A DNA stretch of 64,000 nt from Balanoglossus misakiensis (GCA_040954595.2 CM082598.2:9129097-9193096), one strand, 5' to 3'. Counted from the first letter of the stretch, positions 1 to 15,000 are shown. The notes: a model not told the origin generated them from the sequence alone. Program-made: numbers and translations.

Positions 1-3000
1 GGAGGGGAGAAATGATGGCTGAGAATTTGTTGCCGCCATTCTTGGGAGGGGAGAAATAACGGCTGAGACTTTGTTGCCGCCATTCTTGGGAGGGGAGAAA
101 TATTAGGGCTGAGAGTTTGTTGCAGCCATTCTTGGGAGGGGAGAAATGATGGCAGATAATCTGTTGCCGCCATTCTTTGTAGGGGAGAAACGATGGCTGA
201 GAATTTATTGCCGCCATTCTTTGTAGGGGAGAAACGATGGCAGAGAATTTGTTGCCGCCATTCTTGGGAGGGGAGAAATAACGGCTAAGAGTTTGTTGCC
301 GCCATTATTGGGAGGGGAGAAATGATAGCAGAGAATTTGTTGCCGCCATTCTTGAGGGGGGGGGTGAGAAATAACGGCTGAGAGTTTGTTGCCGCCATTC
401 TTGGGAGGGGAGAAATAACGGCTGAGAGTTTGTTGCCGCCATTATTGGGAGGGGAGAAATAAGGGCTGAGAGTTTGTTGCCGCCCTTATTGGGAGAGGAG
501 AAACGATGGCTGAGAAATTATTGCCGCCATCCTTGGGAGGGGAGAAATAACGGCTGAGAGTTTGTTGCCGCCATTCTTGGGCGCGGAGAAATGATGGCAG
601 AGAATTTGTTTCCGCCATTCTTGGGAGGGGAGAAATGATGGCTGAGAATTTGTTGCCGCCATTCTTTGGAGGGGAGAAATGATGGCAGAGAATTTATTGC
701 CGCCATCCTTGGGAGGGGAGAAATGATGGCTGAGAATTTGTTGCCGCCATTCTTGGGAGGGGAGAAATAACGGCTGAGACTTTGTTGCCGCCATTCTTGG
801 GAGGGGAGAAATATTTGGGCTGAGAGTTTGTTGCAGCCATTCTTGGGAGGGGAGAAATGATGGCAGATAATCTGTTGCCGCCATTCTTTGTAGGGGAGAA
901 ACGATGGCTGAGAATTTATTGCCGCCATTCTTTGTAGGGGAGAAACGATGGCAGAGAATTTGTTGCCGCCATTCTTGGGAGGGGAGAAATAACGGCTGAG
1001 AGTTTGTTGCCGCCATTATTGGGAGGGGAGAAATGATAGCAGAGAATTTGTTGCCGCCATTCTTGGGGGGGGGGGAGAAATAACGGCTGAGAGTTTGTTG
1101 CCGCCATTCTTGGGAGGGGAGAAATAACGGCTGAGAGTTTGTTGCCGCCATTATTGGGAGGGGAGAAATAAGGGCTGAGAGTTTGTTGCCGCCCTTATTG
1201 GGAGAGGAGAAACGATGGCTGAGAAATTATTGCCGCCATCCTTGGGAGGGGAGAAATAACGGCTGAGAGTTTGTTGCCGCCATTCTTGGGAGGGGAGAAT
1301 TGATGGCTGAGAATTTGTTGCCGCCATTCTTTGGAGGGAAGAAATAATGGCAGAGAATTTATTGCCGCCATCCTTGGGACGGGAGAAATAACGGCTGAGT
1401 GTTTGTTGCCGCCATTCTTGGGCGGGGAGAAATGATGGCAGAGAATTTGTTGCCGCCATCCTTGGGAGGGGAGAAATAACGGCTGAGTGTTTGTTGCCGC
1501 CATTCTTGGGAGGGGAGAAATGATGGCAGAGAATTTTTTGCCGCCATTCTTGGGAGGGAAGAAATGATTGCTGAGAATTTGTTGCCGCCATTCTTTGGAG
1601 GGGAGAAATGATGGCAGAGAATTTATTGCCGCCATCCTTGGGAGGGGAGAAATAACGGCTGAGAGTTTGTTGCCGCCATTCTTTGTAGTGGAGAAACGAT
1701 GGCAGAGAGTTTGTTGCCGCCATTCTTGGGAGGGGAGAAATGATGGCTGAGAATTTGTTGCCGCCATTCTTGGGAGGGGAGAAATAACGGCTGAGAGTTT
1801 GTTGCCGCCATTCTTGGGAGGGGAGAAATATTAGGGCTGAGAGTTTGTTGCCGCCATTCTTGGGAGGGGAGAAATGATGGCAGATAATCTGTTGCCGCAA
1901 TTCTTTGTAGGGGAGAAACGATGGCTGAGAATTTATTGCCGCCATTCTTTGTAGGGGAGAAACGATGGCAGAGAATTTGTTGCCGCCATTCTTGGGAGGG
2001 GAGAAATAACGGCTGAGAGTTTGTTGCCGCCATTATTGGGAGGGGAGAAATGATAGCAGAGAATTTGTTGCCGCCATTCTTGGGGGGGGGGAGAAATAAC
2101 GGCTGAGAGTTTGTTGCCGCCATTCTTGGGAGGGGAGAAATAACGGCTGAGAGTTTGTTGCCGCCATTATTGGGAGGGGAGAAATAAGGGCTGAGAGTTT
2201 GTTGCCGCCCTTATTGGGAGAGGAGAAACGATGGCTGAGAAATTATTGCCGCCATCCTTGGGAGGGGAGAAATAACGGCTGAGAGTTTGTTGCCGCCATT
2301 ATTGGGAGGGGAGAAATGATAGCAGAGAATTTGTTGCCGCCATTCTTGAGGGGGGGTGAGAAATAACGGCTGAGAGTTTGTTGCCGCCATTCTTGGGAGG
2401 GGAGAAATAACGGCTGAGAGTTTGTTGCCGCCATTATTGGGAGGGGAGAAATAAGGGCTGAGAGTTTGTTGCCGCCCTTATGCGAGAGGGTAAACGATGG
2501 CTGAGAAATTATTGCCGCCCTCCTTGGGAGGGGAGAAATAACGGCTGAGAGTTTGTTGCCGCCATTCTTGGGCGGGGAGAAATGATGGCAGAGAATTTGT
2601 TTCCGCCATTCTTGGAAGGGGAGAAATGATGGCTGAGAATTTGTTGCCGCCATTCTTTGGAGGGGAGAAATGATGGCAGAGAATTTATTGCCGCCATCCT
2701 TGGGAGGGGAGAAATGATGGCTGAGAATTTGTTGCCGCCATTCTTGGGAGGGGAGAAATAACGGCTGAGACTTTGTTGCCGCCATTCTTGGGAGGGGAGA
2801 AATATTAGGGCTGAGAGTTTGTTGCAGCCATTCTTGGGAGGGGAGAAATGATGGCAGATAATCTGTTGCCGCCATTCTTTGTAGGGGAGAATCGATGGCT
2901 GAGAATTTATTGCCGCCATTCTTTGTAGGGTAGAAACGATGGCAGAGAATTTGTTGCCGCCATTCTTGGGAGGGGAGAAATAACGGCTGAGAGTTTGTTG

Positions 3001-6000
3001 CCGCCATTATTGGGAGGGGAGAAATGATAGCAGAGAATTTGTTGCCGCCATTCTTGAGGGGGGGTGAGAAATAACGGCTGAGAGTTTGTTGCCGCCATTC
3101 TTGGGAGGGGAGAAATAACGGCTGAGAGTTTGTTGCCGCCATTATTGGGAGGGGAGAAATAAGGGCTGAGAGTTTGTTGCCGCCCTTATTGGGAGAGGAG
3201 AAACGATGGCTGAGAAATTATTGCCGCCATCCTTGGGAGGGGAGAAATAACGGCTGAGAGTTTGTTGCCGCCATTCTTGGGCGCGGAGAAATGATGGCAG
3301 AGAATTTGTTTCCGCCATTCTTGGGAGGGGAGAAATGATGGCTGAGAATTTGTTGCCGCCATTCTTTGGAGGGGAGAAATGATGGCAGAGAATTTATTGC
3401 CGCCATCCTTGGGAGGGGAGAAATGATGGCTGAGAATTTGTTGCCGCCATTCTTGGGAGGGGAGAAATAACGGCTGAGACTTTGTTGCCGCCATTCTTGG
3501 GAGGGGAGAAATATTTGGGCTGAGAGTTTGTTGCAGCCATTCTTGGGAGGGGAGAAATGATGGCAGATAATCTGTTGCCGCCATTCTTTGTAGGGGAGAA
3601 ACGATGGCTGAGAATTTATTGCCGCCATTCTTTGTAGGGGAGAAACGATGGCAGAGAATTTGTTGCCGCCATTCTTGGGAGGGGAGAAATAACGGCTGAG
3701 AGTTTGTTGCCGCCATTATTGGGAGGGGAGAAATGATAGCAGAGAATTTGTTGCCGCCATTCTTGGGGGGGGGGGAGAAATAACGGCTGAGAGTTTGTTG
3801 CCGCCATTCTTGGGAGGGGAGAAATAACGGCTGAGAGTTTGTTGCCGCCATTATTGGGAGGGGAGAAATAAGGGCTGAGAGTTTGTTGCCGCCCTTATTG
3901 GGAGAGGAGAAACGATGGCTGAGAAATTATTGCCGCCATCCGTGGGAGGGGAGAAATAACGGCTGAGAATTTGTTGCCGCCATTCTTGAGAGGGGAGAAA
4001 TGATGGCTGAGAATTTGTTGCCGCCATTCTTTGGAGGGAAGAAATGATGGCAGAGAATTTATTGCCGCCATCCTTGGGAGGGGAGAAATAACGGCTGAGT
4101 GTTTGTTGCCGCCATTCTTGGGCGGGGAGAAATGATGGCAGAGAATTTGTTGCCGCCATCCTTGGGAGGGGAGAAATAACGGCTGAGTGTTTGTTGCCGC
4201 CATTCTTGGGAGGGGAGAAATGATGGCAGAGAAATTATTGCCGCCATCCTTGGGAGGGGAGAAATGATGGCTGAGAATTTGTTGCCGCCATTCTTGGGCG
4301 GGGAGAAATGATGGCAGAGAATTTGTTTCCGCCATTCTTGGGAGGGGAGAAATGATGGCTGAGAATTTGTTGCCGCCATTCTTTGGAGGGGAGAAATGAT
4401 GGCAGAGAATTTATTGCCGCCATCCTTGGGAGGGGAGAAATAACGGCTGAGAGTTTGTTGCCGCCATTCTTTGTAGTGGAGAAACGATGGCAGAGAGTTT
4501 GTTGCCGCCATTCTTGGGAGGGGAGAAATGATGGCTGAGAATTTGTTGCCGCCATTCTTGGGAGGGGAGAAATAACGGCTGAGAGTTTGTTGCCGCCATT
4601 CATGGGAGGGGAGAAATATTAGGGCTGAGAGTTTGTTGCCGCCATTCTTTGTAGGGGAGAAACGATGGCAGAGAATTTGTTGCCGCCATTCTTGGGAGGG
4701 GAGAAATAACGGCTGAGAGTTTGTTGCCGCCATTATTGGGAGGGGAGAAATGATAGCAGAGAATTTGTTGCCGCCATTCTTGAGGGGGGGTGAGAAATAA
4801 CGGCTGAGAGTTTGTTGCCGCCATTCTTGGGAGGGGAGAAATAACGGCTGAGAGTTTGTTGCCGCCATTATTGGGAGGGGAGAAATAAGGGCTGAGAGTT
4901 TGTTGCCGCCCTTATGCGAGAGGGTAAACGATGGCTGAGAAATTATTGCCGCCCTCCTTGGGAGGGGAGAAATAACGGCTGAGAGTTTGTTGCCGCCATT
5001 CTTGGGCGGGGAGAAATGATGGCAGAGAATTTGTTTCCGCCATTCTTGGGAGGGGAGAAATGATGGCTGAGAATTTGTTGCCGCCATTCTTTGGAGGGGA
5101 GAAATGATGGCAGAGAATTTATTGCCGCCATCCTTGGGAGGGGAGAAATGATGGCTGAGAATTTGTTGCCGCCATTCTTGGGAGGGGAGAAATAACGGCT
5201 GAGACTTTGTTGCCGCCATTCTTGGGAGGGGAGAAATATTAGGGCTGAGAGTTTTTTGCAGCCATTCTTGGGAGGGGAGAAATGATGGCAGATAATCTGT
5301 TGCCGCCATTCTTTGTAGGGGAGAAACGATGGCTGAGAATTTATTGCCGCCATTCTTTGTAGGGGAGAAACGATGGCAGAGAATTTGTTGCCGCCATTCT
5401 TGGGAGGGGAGAAATAACGGCTGAGAGTTTGTTGCCGCCATTATTGGGAGGGGAGAAATGATAGCAGAGAATTTGTTGCCGCCATTCTTGAGGGGGGGTG
5501 AGAAATAACGGCTGAGAGTTTGTTGCCGCCATTCTTGGGAGGGGAGAAATAACGGCTGAGAGTTTGTTGCCGCCATTATTGGGAGGGGAGAAATAAGAGC
5601 TGAGAGTTTGTTGCCGCCCTTATTGGGAGAGGAGAAACGATGGCTGAGAAATTATTGCCGCCATCCTTGGGAGGGGAGAAATAACGGCTGAGAGTTTGCT
5701 GCCGCCATTCTTGGGCGCGGAGAAATGATGGCAGAGAATTTGTTTCCGCCATTCTTGGGAGGGGAGAAATGATGGCTGAGAATTTGTTGCCGCCATTCTT
5801 TGGAGGGGAGAAATGATGGCAGAGAATTTATTGCCGCCATCCTTGGGAGGGGAGAAATGATGGCTGAGAATTTGTAGCCGCCATTCTTGGGAGGGGAGAA
5901 ATAACGGCTGAGACTTTGTTGCCGCCATTCTTGGGAGGGGAGAAATATTTGGGCTGAGAGTTTGTTGCAGCCATTCTTGGGAGGGGAGAAATGATGGCAG

Positions 6001-9000
6001 ATAATCTGTTGCCGCCATTCTTTGTAGGGGAGAAACGATGGCTGAGAATTTATTGCCGCCATTCTTTGTAGGGGAGAAACGATGGCAGAGAATTTGTTGC
6101 CGCCATTCTTGGGAGGGGAGAAATAACGGCTGAGAGTTTGTTGCCGCCATTATTGGGAGGGGAGAAATGATAGCAGAGAATTTGTTGCCGCCATTCTTGG
6201 GGGGGGGGAGAAATAACGGCTGAGAGTTTGTTGCCGCCATTCTTGGGAGGGGAGAAATAACGGCTGAGAGTTTGTTGCCGCCATTATTGGGAGGGGAGAA
6301 ATAAGGGCTGAGAGTTTGTTGCCGCCCTTATTGGGAGAGGAGAAACGATGGCTGAGAAATTATTGCCGCCATCCGTGGGAGGGGAGAAATAACGGCTGAG
6401 AATTTGTTGCCGCCATTCTTGAGAGGGGAGAAATGATGGCTGAGAATTTGTTGCCGCCATTCTTTGGAGGGGAGAAATAACGGCTGAGAGTTTGTTGCCG
6501 CCATTCTTGGGAGGGGAGAAATAACGGCTGAGAGTTTTTTTGCCGCCATTATTGGGAGGGGAGAAATAAGGGCTGAGAGTTTGTTGCCGCCCTTATTGGG
6601 AGAGGAGAAACGATGGCTGAGAATTTATTGCCGCCATCCTTCGGAGGGTAAAATAACGGCTGGCAGTTTGTTGCCGCCATTCTTGGGAGGGGAGAAATGA
6701 TGGCTGAGAATTTATTGCCGCCATTCTTGGGGGGGGGGAAATAACGGCTGAGAGTTTGTTGCCGCCATTCTTGGGAGGGGAGAAATAACGGCTGAGAGTT
6801 TGTTGCCGCCATTCATGGGAGGGGAGAAATATTAGGGCTGAGAGTTTGTTGCCGCCATTCTTGGGAGGGGAGAAATGATGGCAGATAATCTGTTGCCGCC
6901 ATTCTTTGTAGGGGAGAAACGATGGCTGAGAATTTATTGCCGCCATTCGTTGTAGGGGAGAAACGATGGCAGAGAATTTGTTGCCGCCATTCTTGGGAGG
7001 GGAGAAATAACGGCTGAGAGTTTGTTGCCGCCATTCTTGGGAGGGGAGAAATAACGGCTGAGAGTTTGTTGCCGCCATTATTGGGAGGGGAGAAATAAGG
7101 GCTGAGAGTTTGTTGCCGCCCTTATTGGGAGAGGAGAAACGATGGCTGAGAATTTATTGCCGCCATCCTTCGGAGGGTAAAATAACGGCTGGCAGTTTGT
7201 TGCCGCCATTCTTGGGAGGGGAGAAATGATGGCTGAGAATTTATTGCCGCCATTCTTGGGGGGGGGGGGAAATAACGGCTGAGAGTTTGTTGCCGCCATT
7301 CTTGGGAGGGGAGAAATAAGGGCTGAGAGTTTGTTGCCGCCCTTATTGGGAGAGGAGAAACGATGGCTGAGAATTTATTGCCGCCATCCTTCGGAGGGTA
7401 AAATAACGGCTGGCAGTTTGTTGCCGCCATTCTTGGGAGGGGAGAAATGATGGCTGAGAATTTATTGCCGCCATCATTGGGAGGGGAAAATATCAGCTGA
7501 CAGTTTGTTGCCGCCATTCTTGGGAGGGCAGAAGCGATGGCAGAGACTTTATTGCCGCCATTCTTGGAAGGGGAGAAATAAGGGCTGAGAGTTTGTTGCC
7601 GCCATTCTTGGGAGAGGAGAAATAATGGCAGATAATTTGTTGTCGCCATTCTTTGTAGGGGAGAAACGATGACAGAGAATTTATTGCCGCCATTCTTTGT
7701 AGGGGAGAAACGATGGCACAGAATTTATTGCCGCCATTCTTTGTAGGGGAGAAACGATGGCAGAGACTTTATTGCCGCCATTCTTGGAAGGGGAGAAATA
7801 AGGGCTGAGAGTTTGTTGCCGCCATTCTTGGGAGGGGAGAAATGACGGCAGAGAATTTGTTGCCGCCATTCTTGGGAGGGGAGAAATAACGGCTGAGAGT
7901 TTGTTGCCGCCATTCGCGGGATGAGCGAAATGAGGACAGAGAATATTTTACGGTTGCTGCCATTCTTTGCAGAGGAGAAATGAGGGCAGAGAATTTATTG
8001 CCGCCATCCTTGGGAAGGGAGAAATAACGGCTGAGAGTATATTGCCGCCATTCTCGGGAGGGGAGAAAGGATAGCAGAGAATTTGTTGCCGCCATTCTTG
8101 GGGGGGGGATGAGAAATAACGGCTGAGAGTTTGTTGCCGCCATTCTTGGGAGGGGAGAAATAACGGCTGAGAGTTTGTTGCCGCCATTCTTGGGAGGGGA
8201 GAAATAACGGCTGAGAGTTTGTTGCCGCCATTCTTGGGAGGGGAGAAATGATGGCTGAGAATTTGTTGCCGCCATTCTTGGGAGGGGAGAAATAACGGCT
8301 GAGAGTTTGTGGCCGCCATTATTGGGAGGGGAGAAATGATGGCTGAGAATTTGTTGCCGCCATTCTTTGGAGGGGAGAAATGATGGCAGAGAATTTATTG
8401 CCGCCATCCTTGGGAGGGGAGAAATAACGGCTGAGAGTTTGTTGCCGCCATTCTTGGGCGGGGAGAAATGAAAGATGAGAATTTGTTGCCGCCATTCTTG
8501 GGAGGGGAAAAATGATGGCTGAGAATTTCTTGCCGCCATTCTTTGGAGGGGAGAAATAACCGCTGAGAGTTTGTTGCCGCCATTCTTGGGCGGGGAGAAA
8601 TGATGGCAGAGAATTTGTTGCCGCCATTCTTGGGAGAGGAGAAATAATGGCTGAGAATTTGTTGCCGCCATTCTTTGGAGGGGAGAAATGATGGCAGAGA
8701 ATTTATTGCCGCCATCCTTGGGAGGGGAGAAATAACGGCTGAGAGTTTGTTGCCGCCATTCTTGGGCGGGGAGAAATGATGGCAGAGAATTTGTTGCCGC
8801 CATTCTTGGGAGGCGAGAAATGATGGCTGAGAATTTGTTGCCGCCATTCTTTGGAGGGGAGAAATGATGGCTGAGAATTTTTTGCCGCCATTCTTGGGAG
8901 GGGAGAAATAACGGCGGAGAGTTAGTTGCCGCCATTCTTGGGAGGGGAGAAATAACGGCTGAGAGTTTGTTGCCGCCATTCTTTGTAGTGGAGAAACGAT

Positions 9001-12000
9001 GGCAGAGAGTTTGTTGCCGCCAGTCTTGGGAGGGGAGAAATGATGGCTGAGAATTTGTTGCCGCCATTCTTGGGAGGGGAGAAATGATGGCAGAGAGTTT
9101 GTTGCCGCCATTCTTGGGAGGGGAGAAATGATGGCTGAGAATTTGTTGCCGCCATTCTTGGGAGGGGAGAAATAACGGCTCAGAGTTTGTTGCCGCCATT
9201 CATGGGAGGGGAGAAATATTAGGGCTGAGAGTTTGTTGCCGCCATTCTTGGGAGGGGAGAAATGATGGCAGATAATCTGTTGCCGCCATTCTTTGTAGGG
9301 GAGAAACGATGGCTGAGAATTTATTGCCGCCATTCGTTGTAGGAGAGAAACGATGGCAGAGAATTTGTTGCCGCCATTCTTGGGAGGGGAGAAATAACGG
9401 CTGAGAGTTTGTTGCCGCCATTCTTGGGAGGGGAGAAATATCGGCTGAGAGTTTGTTGCCGCCATTATTGGGAGGGGAGAAATAAGGGCTGAGAGTTTGT
9501 TGCCGCCCTTATTGGGAGAGGAGAAACGATGGCTGAGAATTTATTGCCGCCATCCTTCGGAGGGTAAAATAACGGCTGGCAGTTTGTTGCCGCCATTCTT
9601 GGGAGGGGAGAAATGATGGCTGAGAATTTATTGCCGCCATTCTTGGGGGGGGAAATAACGGCTGAGAGTTTGTTGCCGCCATTCTTGGGAGGGGAGAAAT
9701 AACGGCTGAGAGTTTGTTGCCGCCATTATTGGGAGGGGAGAAATAAGGGCTGAGAGTTTGTTGCCGCCCTTATTGAGAGAGAAGAAACGATGGCTGAGAA
9801 TTTATTGCCGCCATCCTTCGGAGGGTAAAATAACGGCTGGCAGTTTGTTGCCGCCATTCTTGGGAGGGGAGAAATGATGGCTGAGAATTTATTGCCGCCA
9901 TCATTGGGAGGGGAAAATATCAGCTGACAGTTTGTTGCCGCCATTCTTGGGAGGGCAGAAGCGATGGCAGAGACTTTATTGCCGCCATTCTTGGAAGGGG
10001 AGAAATAAGGGCTGAGAGTTTGTTGCCGCCATTCTTGGGAGGGGAGAAATAATGGCAGATAATTTGTTGTCGCCATTCTTTGTAGGGGAGAAACGATGGC
10101 AGAGAATTTATTGCCGCCATTCTTTGTAGGGGAGAAACGATGGCACAGAATTTATTGCCGCCATTCTTTGTAGGGGAGAAACGATGGCAGAGACTTTAAT
10201 GCCGCCATTCTTGGAAGGGGAGAAATAAGGGCTGAGAGTTTGTTGCCGCCATTCTTGGGAGGGGAGAAATGACGGCAGAGAATTTGTTGCCGCCATTCTT
10301 GGGAGGGGAGAAATAACGGCTGAGAGTTTGTTGCCGCCATTCGCGGGATGAGCGAAATGAGGACAGAGAATATTTTACGGTTGCTGCCATTCTTTGCAGA
10401 GCAGAAATGAGGGCAGAGAATTTATTGCTGCCATCCTTAGGAAGGGAGAAATAACGGCTGAGAGTATATTGCCGCCATTCTCGGGAGGGGAGAAAGGATA
10501 GCAGAGAATTTGTTGCCGCCATTCTTCGGGGGGGATGAGAAATAACGGCTGAGAGTTTGTTGCCGCCATTTTTGGGAGGGTAGAAATAACGGCTGAGAGT
10601 TTGTTGCCGCCATTCTTGGGAGGGGAGAAATAACGGCTGAGAGTTTGTTGCCGCCATTCTTGGGAGGGGAGAAATGATGGCTGAGAATTTGTTGCCGCCA
10701 TTCTTGGGAGGGGAGAAATAACGGCTGAGAGTTTGTGGCCGCCATTATTGGGAGGGGAGAAATGATGGCTGAGAATTTGTTGCCGCCATTCTTTGGAGGG
10801 GAGAAATGATGGCAGAGAATTTATTGCCGCCATCCTTGGGAGGGGAGAAATAACGGATGAGAGTTTGTTGCCGCCATTCTTGGGCGGGGAGAAATGATAG
10901 ATGAGAATTTGTTGCCGCCATTCTTGGGAGGGGAAAAATGATGGCTGAGAATTTGTTGCCGCCATTCTTTGGAGGGGAGAAATAACCGCTGAGAGTTGGT
11001 TGCCGCCATTCTTGGGAGGGGAGAAATGATGGCTGAGAATTTGTTGCCGCCATTCTTGGGAGGGGAGAAACGATGGCAGAGAATATATTGCCGCCATTCT
11101 TTGTAGGGGAGAAACGATGGCAGAGACTTTATTGCCGCCATTCTTGGAAGGGGAGAAATAAGGGCTGAGAGTTTGTTGCCGCCATTCTTGGGAGGGGAGA
11201 AATGACGGCAGAGAATTTGTTGCCGCCATTCTTGGGAGGGGAGAAATAACGGCTGAGAGTTTGTTGCCGCCATTCGCGGGATGAGCGAAATGAGGACAGA
11301 GAATATTTTACGGTTGCTGCCATTCTTTGCAGAGGAGAAATGAGGGCAGAGAATTTATTGCCGCCATCCTTAGGAAGGGAGAAATAACGGCTGAGAGTAT
11401 ATTGCCGCCATTCTCGGGAGGGGAGAAAGGATAGCAGAGAATTTGTTGCCGCCATTCTTGGGGGGGGGATGAGAAATAACGGCTGAGAGTTTGTTGCCGC
11501 CATTCTTGGGAGGGTAGAAATAACGGCTGAGAGTTTGTTGCCGCCATTCTTGGGAGGGGAGAAATAACGGCTGAGAGTTTGTTGCCGCCATTCTTGGGAG
11601 GGGAGAAATGATGGCTGAGAATTTGTTGCCGCCATTCTTGGGAGGGGAGAAATAACGGCTGAGAGTTTGTGGCCGCCATTATTGGGAGGGGAGAAATGAT
11701 GGCTGAGAATTTGTTGCCGCCATTCTTTGGAGGGGAGAAATGATGGCAGAGAATTTATTGCCGCCATCCTTGGGAGGGGAGAAATAACGGCTGAGAGTTT
11801 GTTGCCGCCATTCTTGGGCGGGGAGAAATGATAGATGAGAATTTGTTGCCGCCATTCTTGGGAGGGGAAAAATGATGGCTGAGAATTTGTTGCCGCCATT
11901 CTTTGGAGGGGAGAAATAACCGCTGAGAGTTTGTTGCCGCCATTCTTTGGCGGGGAGAAATGATGGCAGAGAATTTGTTGCCGCCATTCTTGGGAGGGGA

Positions 12001-15000
12001 GAAATAATGGCTGAGAATTTGTTGCCGCCATTCTTTGGAGGGGAGAAATGATGGCAGAGAATTTATTGCCGCCATCCTTGGGAGGGGAGAAATAACGGCT
12101 GAGAGTTTGTTGCCGCCATTCTTGGGCGGGGAGAAATGATGGCAGAGAATTTGTTGCCGCCATTCTTGGGAGGCGAGAAATGATGGCTGAGAATTTGTTG
12201 CCGCCATTCTTTGGAGGGGAGAAATGATGGCTGAGAATTTTTTACCGCCATTCTTGGGAGGGGAGAAATAACGGCGGAGAGTTTGTTGCCGCCATTCTTG
12301 GGAGGGGAGAAATGATGGCAGAGAATATATTGCCGCCATCCTTGGGAGGGGAGAAATAACGGCTGAGAGTTTGTTGCCGCCATTCTTGGGAGGGGAGAAA
12401 TGATGGCTGAGAATTTGTTGCCGCCATTCTTGGGAGGGGAGAAATAACGGCTGAGAGTTTGTGGCCGCCATTATTGGGAGGGGAGAAATGATGGCTGAGA
12501 ATTTGTTGCCGCCATTCTTTGGAGGGGAGAAATGATGGCAGAGAATTTATTGCCGCCATCCTTGGGAGGGGAGAAATAACGGCTGAGAGTTTGTTGCCGC
12601 CATTCTTGGGCGGGGAGAAATGATAGATGAGAATTTGTTGCCGCCATTCTTGGGAGGGGAAAAATGATGGCTGAGAATTTGTTGCCGCCATTCTTTGGAG
12701 GGGAGAAATAACCGCTGAGAGTTTGTTGCCGCCATTCTTTGGCGGGGACAAATGATGGCAGAGAATTTGTTGCCGCCATTCTTGGGAGGGGAGAAATAAT
12801 GGCTGAGAATTTGTTGCCGCCATTCTTTGGAGGGGAGAAATGATGGCAGAGAATTTATTGCCGCCATCCTTGGGAGGGGAGAAATAACGGCTGAGAGTTT
12901 GTTGCCGCCATTCTTGGGCGGGGAGAAATGATGGCAGAGAATTTGTTGCCGCCATTCTCGGGAGGCGAGAAATGATGGCTGAGAATTTGTTGCCGCCATT
13001 CTTTGGAGGGGAGAAATGATGTCTGAGAATTTTTTACCGCCATTCTTGGGAGGGGAGAAATAACGGCGGAGAGTTTGTTGCCGCCATTCTTGTGAGGGGA
13101 GAAATGATGGCAGAGAATATATTGCCGCCATCCTTGGGAGGGGAGAAATAACGGCTGAGAGTTTGTTGCCGCCATTCTTTGTAGTGGAGAAACGATGGCA
13201 GAGAGTTTGTTGCCGCCATTCTTGGGAGGGGAGAAATGATGGCTGAGAATTTGTTGCCGCCATTCTTGGGAGGGGAGAAATGATGGCTGAGAATTTGTTG
13301 CCGGCATTCTTGGGAGGGGAGAAATGATGGCCGAGAATTTGTTGCCGCCATTCTTGGGAGGGGAGAAACGATGGCAGAGAATTTTTTGCCGCCATTCTTG
13401 GGAGGGTAGAAATAACGGCGGAGAGTTTGTTGCCGCCATTCTTGGGAGGGGAGAAATGATGGCAGAGAATTTATTGCCGCCATCCTTGGGAGGGGAGAAA
13501 TAACGATGGAGAGTTTGTTGCCGCCATTCTTTGTAGTGGAGAAACGATGGCAGAGAGTTTGTTGCCGCCATTCTTGGGAGGGGAGAAATGATGGCTGAGA
13601 ATTTGTTGCCGGCATTCTTGGGAGGGGAGAAATGATGGCCGAGAATTTGTTGCCGCCATTCTTGGGAGGGGAGAAACGATGGCAGAGAATATATTGCCGC
13701 CATCCTTGGAAGGGGAGAAATAACGGCTGAGAGTTTGTTGCCGCCATTGTTGGGAGGGGAGAAATAACGGCGGATAGTTTGTTGCCGCCATTCTTTGTAG
13801 TGGAGAAACGATGGCAGAGAGTTTGTTGCCGCCATTCTTGGGAGGGGAGAAATGATGGCTGAGAATTTGTTGCCGGCATTCTTGGGAGGGGAGAAATGAT
13901 GGCTGAGAATTTGTTGCCGCCATTCTTGGGAGGGGAGAAATGATGGCAGAGAATATATTGCCGCCATCCTTGGGAGGGGAGAAATAACGGCTGAGAGTTT
14001 GTTGCCGCCATTCTTTGTAGTGGAGAAACGATGGCAGAGAGTTTGTTGCCGCCATTCTTGGGAGGGGAGAAATGATGGCTGAGAATTTGTTGCCGCCATT
14101 CTTTGTAGTGGAGAAACGATGGCAGAGAGTTTGTTGCCGCCATTCTTGGGAGGGGAGAAATGATGGCTGAGAATTTTTTGCCGCCATTCTAGGGAGGGGA
14201 AAAATAACGGCGGAGAGTTTGTTGCCGCCATTCTTGGGAGGGGAGAAATGATGGCAGAGAGTTTGTTGCCGCCCTTATTGGGAGAGGAGAAACGATGGCT
14301 GAGAAATTATTGCCGCCATCCTTGGGAGGGGAGAAATAACGGCTGAGAGTTTGTTGCCGCCATTCTTGGGCGCGGAGAAATGATGGCAGAGAATTTGTTT
14401 CCGCCATTCTTGGGAGGGGAGAAATGATGGCTGAGAATTTTTTGCCGCCATTTTTGGGAGGGGAGAAATAACGGCGGAGAGTTTGTTGCCGCCATTCTTG
14501 GGAGGGGAGAAATGATGGCAGAGAATTTATTGCCGCCATCCTTGGGAGGGGAGAAATAACGGCTGAGAGTTTGTTGCCGCCATTCTTGGGAGGGTAGAAA
14601 TAACGGCTGAGAGTTTGTTGCCGCCATTCTTGGGAGGGGAGAAATAACGGCTGAGAGTTTGTTGCCGCCATTCTTGGGAGGGGAGAAATGATGGCTGAGA
14701 ATTTGTTGCCGCCATTCTTGGGAGGGGAGAAATAACGGCTGAGAGTTTGTGGCCGCCATTATTGGGAGGGGAGAAATGATGGCTGAGAATTTGTTGCCGC
14801 CATTCTTTGGAGGGGAGAAATGATGGCAGAGAATTTATTGCCGCCATCCTTGGGAGGGGAGAAATAACGGCTGAGAGTTTGTTGCCGCCATTCTTGGGCG
14901 GGGAGAAATGATAGATGAGAATTTGTTGCCGCCATTCTTGGGAGGGGAAAAATGATGGCTGAGAATTTGTTGCCGCCATTCTTTGGAGGGGAGAAATAAC

